IMG/VR virus record: IMGVR_UViG_3300044949_000822
Span: 1 to 35,752 of that record
Strand: one strand, 5' to 3'
Length of the DNA stretch: 35,752 nucleotides
DNA from: a virus
Taxonomy: Duplodnaviria > Caudoviricetes
In this document: positions 33,179-35,752 of the stretch, one piece after another
Layout of the letters: the number at the start of each line of letters is the position of its first letter
How positions within the stretch are numbered: the stretch's first letter is position 1
The notes under the pieces: model-generated
The model's input: only the letters and a program-made list of their open reading frames with translations
Databases searched by the model: none
Told to the model about the DNA's origin: nothing
Position numbers and translations under genes: made by a program

Positions 33179-33519
33179 CGCTCACCGACTTGGAAGCGCA
33201 CGTCTGGGATCGCCTTCCCACGCTTCAGCGTATTGCGGGCCGACGCATTGCCAACCGTGTTGTGCGGCGTGCCGTCTCAGGCTGGCCCATTCCAGTGCTT
33301 GAGCAGTGCGACGATGCCGAGGCCGCTGTGGTGGCGAAATACTACACCCGCACGGTTGAACGCTCAGTGCGAGCAGACATGCAAATGGGCTTCTTTACGC
33401 TGCTCATCTTCTCGGCCTTGGTGCAAGAGGTGGTGAAGATTCTTGTACGGTGGTGGATGGAGAAGAGCGAGAACCGCAGCGAAATGCGGCTTCTGTCCCG
33501 TGAGGCCCGCAATGACTGA
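33175..33519 (+). CDS. Hypothetical protein with C-terminal hydrophobic helix
   Basis: ATGA overlap; MGFFTLLIFSALVQ segment. Confidence 0.65.
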   Translation: MTLTDLEAHVWDRLPTLQRIAGRRIANRVVRRAVSGWPIPVLEQCDDAEAAVVAKYYTRTVERSVRADMQMGFFTLLIFSALVQEVVKILVRWWMEKSENRSEMRLLSREARND

Positions 33520-33754
33520 CGCTGCCAAAGACACGCTTTACGGCATCATCGAGCGGTGGGGATTTCCCACTTTGGTCGCCATCGCCTGCGGCTGGGTGCT
33601 TCGGGCCGATGTTTTGCTACCTCTGGTCGAGGAGCACAGGGCGTTCGTGAAGAGCCTGAGCGAGACGCAGCGTGAGATTAGCAAGGCCGTGAGCGAGCAG
33701 ACCCGATTGCTGTATGCCCTTCAGCCTCGAGCATCCGAAAGCCAGGAGAACTGA
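33512..33754 (+). CDS. Holin-like small membrane protein
   Basis: IERWGFPTLVAIACGWVL transmembrane segment plus coiled-coil tail. Confidence 0.5.
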   Translation: MTDAAKDTLYGIIERWGFPTLVAIACGWVLRADVLLPLVEEHRAFVKSLSETQREISKAVSEQTRLLYALQPRASESQEN

Positions 33755-33756
33755 CA

Positions 33757-34638
33757 ATGCCGATGTCACCGAGACTGCTTAGGCCGCGATCAACCGTCCA
33801 CCCAGAAGCGGCGGCATGGGCGGCTCGGGTTGTGTCAAACGGCGGCAGGGTGAGCGGAACGACCCTCTCGGCCGTGTCGAAGTTCTGTGCGGCTATCTCC
33901 TCGGCCGGCATCCGCGACCGCTTCTACCGGCTGAATCTCTTCTGCGGCACCGGACTCAACGCCTGCCTCGTCCCGCTGTATCGGGGGCCGTCGCTTGGCG
34001 GGACGCAGTATGGGAACACCACTGATACGAACAACGCCTTCGTCGGCGTCGGCACCGACTACGCAGAGACGGGGGCGAGCGGTGGGCTGACGGGGAATGG
34101 GACGAGCAAGTACCTCAACACCGCACTTGCCCCTTCCGATCTGCCGTCATATACGTCGGCGCACGCTGCGGTGTATCACTCGCAGCCAAGCGGGACGAAT
34201 CAGACTAGGGCATGGATTTCATGCCGAGACACTGTTGCTGCCTCTCTGGTCTACCTCAGCAACGGCATTTTCAGCACGCCGGCAGTGTTCGGACAATACA
34301 TGTCAAACGCGACGGCTAACTTCAACACCGGTGGCTCTCAGGCCGGAGCCGCTGGCGGATTCAGAGCGTTGTCCCGGACGGCAGTAAACAGGTTGGACAA
34401 CTACTACAACGCCGTGTCTCAGGCAAACTCAACGACCGACATTGCAGGCGGTATCGCAGGAGTCACATCAACCCGTCCGTTTTTTATCTTTGCCAACAAC
34501 AATCAAGGCACGGCCGAGCAGTTCATGAACGGCCGGATCATGGGGTACTCAATCGGGCTTGGACTTTTGCAGGCGCAGGTTGACGCATACAACGCGGCCA
34601 TGCTGGCATTCCAGACAGCACTTGGGAGGAACGTATGA
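33757..34638 (+). CDS. Hypothetical Gly/Thr/Asn-rich protein, possibly lectin/LamG-like virion protein
   Basis: AGGAG RBS; GLTGNGTSKYLNT and NGRIMGYSIG..L patterns. Confidence 0.6.
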   Translation: MPMSPRLLRPRSTVHPEAAAWAARVVSNGGRVSGTTLSAVSKFCAAISSAGIRDRFYRLNLFCGTGLNACLVPLYRGPSLGGTQYGNTTDTNNAFVGVGTDYAETGASGGLTGNGTSKYLNTALAPSDLPSYTSAHAAVYHSQPSGTNQTRAWISCRDTVAASLVYLSNGIFSTPAVFGQYMSNATANFNTGGSQAGAAGGFRALSRTAVNRLDNYYNAVSQANSTTDIAGGIAGVTSTRPFFIFANNNQGTAEQFMNGRIMGYSIGLGLLQAQVDAYNAAMLAFQTALGRNV

Positions 34639-34985
34639 CACTCGCAGAGTTTCTCTCGCAGCCGCTGCCCGACACTGCCACGCTCCAGACGCTGGGCATT
34701 GTGTTCGACGCCACTCTGGCTCAGAAGATGGTCAACTTCCACGCATGGTACGGCGACCCTCGCTGCACGGTGTACCCCGCCGCGCTCGCCGATGGTCGCT
34801 GGTGCCATGTGGCAGACATCCTGCCGCAGTGCATCGCGGAGGGCGGCATCTACAGTGCGGGATTCGCACGGCTCAACGCCGCCAACTTCGCCAGCGTGGA
34901 GATGGTGCCGCTGGCCGATCTGGAGTTTGCCAGCGGTGCGGTGCCGCAGTTGGTGCCAGAGGAGTCCCCTAGCCATGTGAGCTAG
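34635..34985 (+). CDS. Hypothetical protein
   Basis: GGGAGG RBS; ATGA overlap. Confidence 0.65.
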   Translation: MTLAEFLSQPLPDTATLQTLGIVFDATLAQKMVNFHAWYGDPRCTVYPAALADGRWCHVADILPQCIAEGGIYSAGFARLNAANFASVEMVPLADLEFASGAVPQLVPEESPSHVS

Positions 34986-34988
34986 TGG

Positions 34989-35020
34989 ACTGCAAGAGTA
35001 ACCACCCCAGCCCATACCCT
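34989..35020 (+). promoter_or_regulatory. Candidate late promoter, ACTGCAAG-N18-TACCCT
   Basis: Third copy, fully intergenic, upstream of the 35041-HNH-terS run. Confidence 0.55.
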
Positions 35021-35040
35021 AGACCGCACAGGAGAGACTC

Positions 35041-35397
35041 ATGGCCGACAACATCATCAGCCGCAAGAACCGGGATATTGACATCACATTGTTCACGGCC
35101 ACTGCATCGGCCACCACGCTAGACATGCGTGATGTGGCTGGTGCTGTTGTGTCGCTGGGCACCATGAGTACCAACGCCAGCACACTCCAAATGTGGGCAG
35201 GCACCACGCCTGCTGGTACGTTCCGACGCCTGTACAAGGCCGATGGCAGCGTGGCGGATCTCACGCTGGCCGCCTCGAGCACAGACGGGCGAGCCTATGC
35301 CCTGCCCGATGAAGTGTTTGGCACCGAGTACCTCAAGATCGTCTCGGCCACCACCAACAGCACGGGCACCGCTGGCGTGGTGATGCTGAAGAGCTAG
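35041..35397 (+). CDS. Hypothetical small beta-sandwich protein
   Basis: AGGAG RBS; Thr/Ala-rich. Confidence 0.7.
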   Translation: MADNIISRKNRDIDITLFTATASATTLDMRDVAGAVVSLGTMSTNASTLQMWAGTTPAGTFRRLYKADGSVADLTLAASSTDGRAYALPDEVFGTEYLKIVSATTNSTGTAGVVMLKS

Positions 35398-35399
35398 AC

Positions 35400-35720
35400 G
35401 TGCCTACCAAGATACCCAGCCATAGGCCGCTGCGTCTGCGATCGTCCCGCCCTCAGCGAGACGACAGCGCCAGACCCAACGCGGCAGCCCGTGGCTATTG
35501 CGACAAGGCCCACAAGAAGTGGCGTCAGGCTGTACTGAACAGATGCCACTGGCAATGCGTGGATTGTGGCCGCGTAGCCTACGGGCGAGAGATGCACGCT
35601 GATCACGTCGTGCCCATTAGCCAAGGTGGCGATAGGTACGCTGTGGCCAACGGGCAAGCCAGGTGCTCTGCGTGCCACGCACGCAAGACGCTGCGGGAAA
35701 CGAGGGCAGGGGTAGGGTAG
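35400..35720 (+). CDS. HNH endonuclease, terminase-associated (HK97 gp74-like)
   Basis: AARGY...WR..VL, CVDCG, HADHVVP...GG....NGQARCSACHARKT; adjacent to terS on the circle. Confidence 0.92.
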   Translation: MPTKIPSHRPLRLRSSRPQRDDSARPNAAARGYCDKAHKKWRQAVLNRCHWQCVDCGRVAYGREMHADHVVPISQGGDRYAVANGQARCSACHARKTLRETRAGVG

Positions 35721-35752
35721 GTCGGATCTCTAGGGCGTGCGTGGATACAAAC

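Larger units (their letters stand above)
1..35752 (+). mobile_element. Probably complete temperate siphovirus (HK97-like, cos-type) genome or prophage
   Basis: Full module set from terS at the left end to HNH at the right end, which is the usual HNH-cos-terS adjacency when circularised; integrase present; no host housekeeping genes. Confidence 0.93.

Noticed and set aside
35721-35752. Exact cos site sequence
   Set aside because: Expected in the HNH-terS gap spanning the window ends, but the cohesive end cannot be defined without read-end data

Overview
The window appears to be a complete, about 35.7-kb temperate siphovirus genome of HK97-like layout, running from terS at position 37 to an HNH gene ending at 35720, so the two ends probably join at a cos region. 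Gene order: packaging and head (terS, terL, portal, protease, major capsid), neck and tail (chaperone with a -1 frameshift, tape measure), a nucleotide-metabolism cluster, integrase/excisionase, recombination and replication (Bet, DUF1376-like initiator, LexA DNA-binding-domain protein, DnaN-like clamp), RusA, glycosyltransferases, a putative lysis block with a papain-like peptidase and no recognisable endolysin, then HNH. A Planctomycetota-like host is my inference only. The most unusual feature is at about 25747-27984: four integron-type gene cassettes, two of them adenine methyltransferases, separated by 89-90 bp attC-like hairpins. The attC polarity is on the minus strand while all cargo genes are on the plus strand, some start codons lie inside the attC loops, and no IntI is encoded. 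Other candidates: a GGA-rich CsrB/Rsm-like RNA, two phage-specific promoter motifs, SOS-box-like palindromes in place of a CI repressor, and an uncalled Ogr/Delta-like zinc-finger gene. All product calls come from motifs and gene order read by eye, not database searches.
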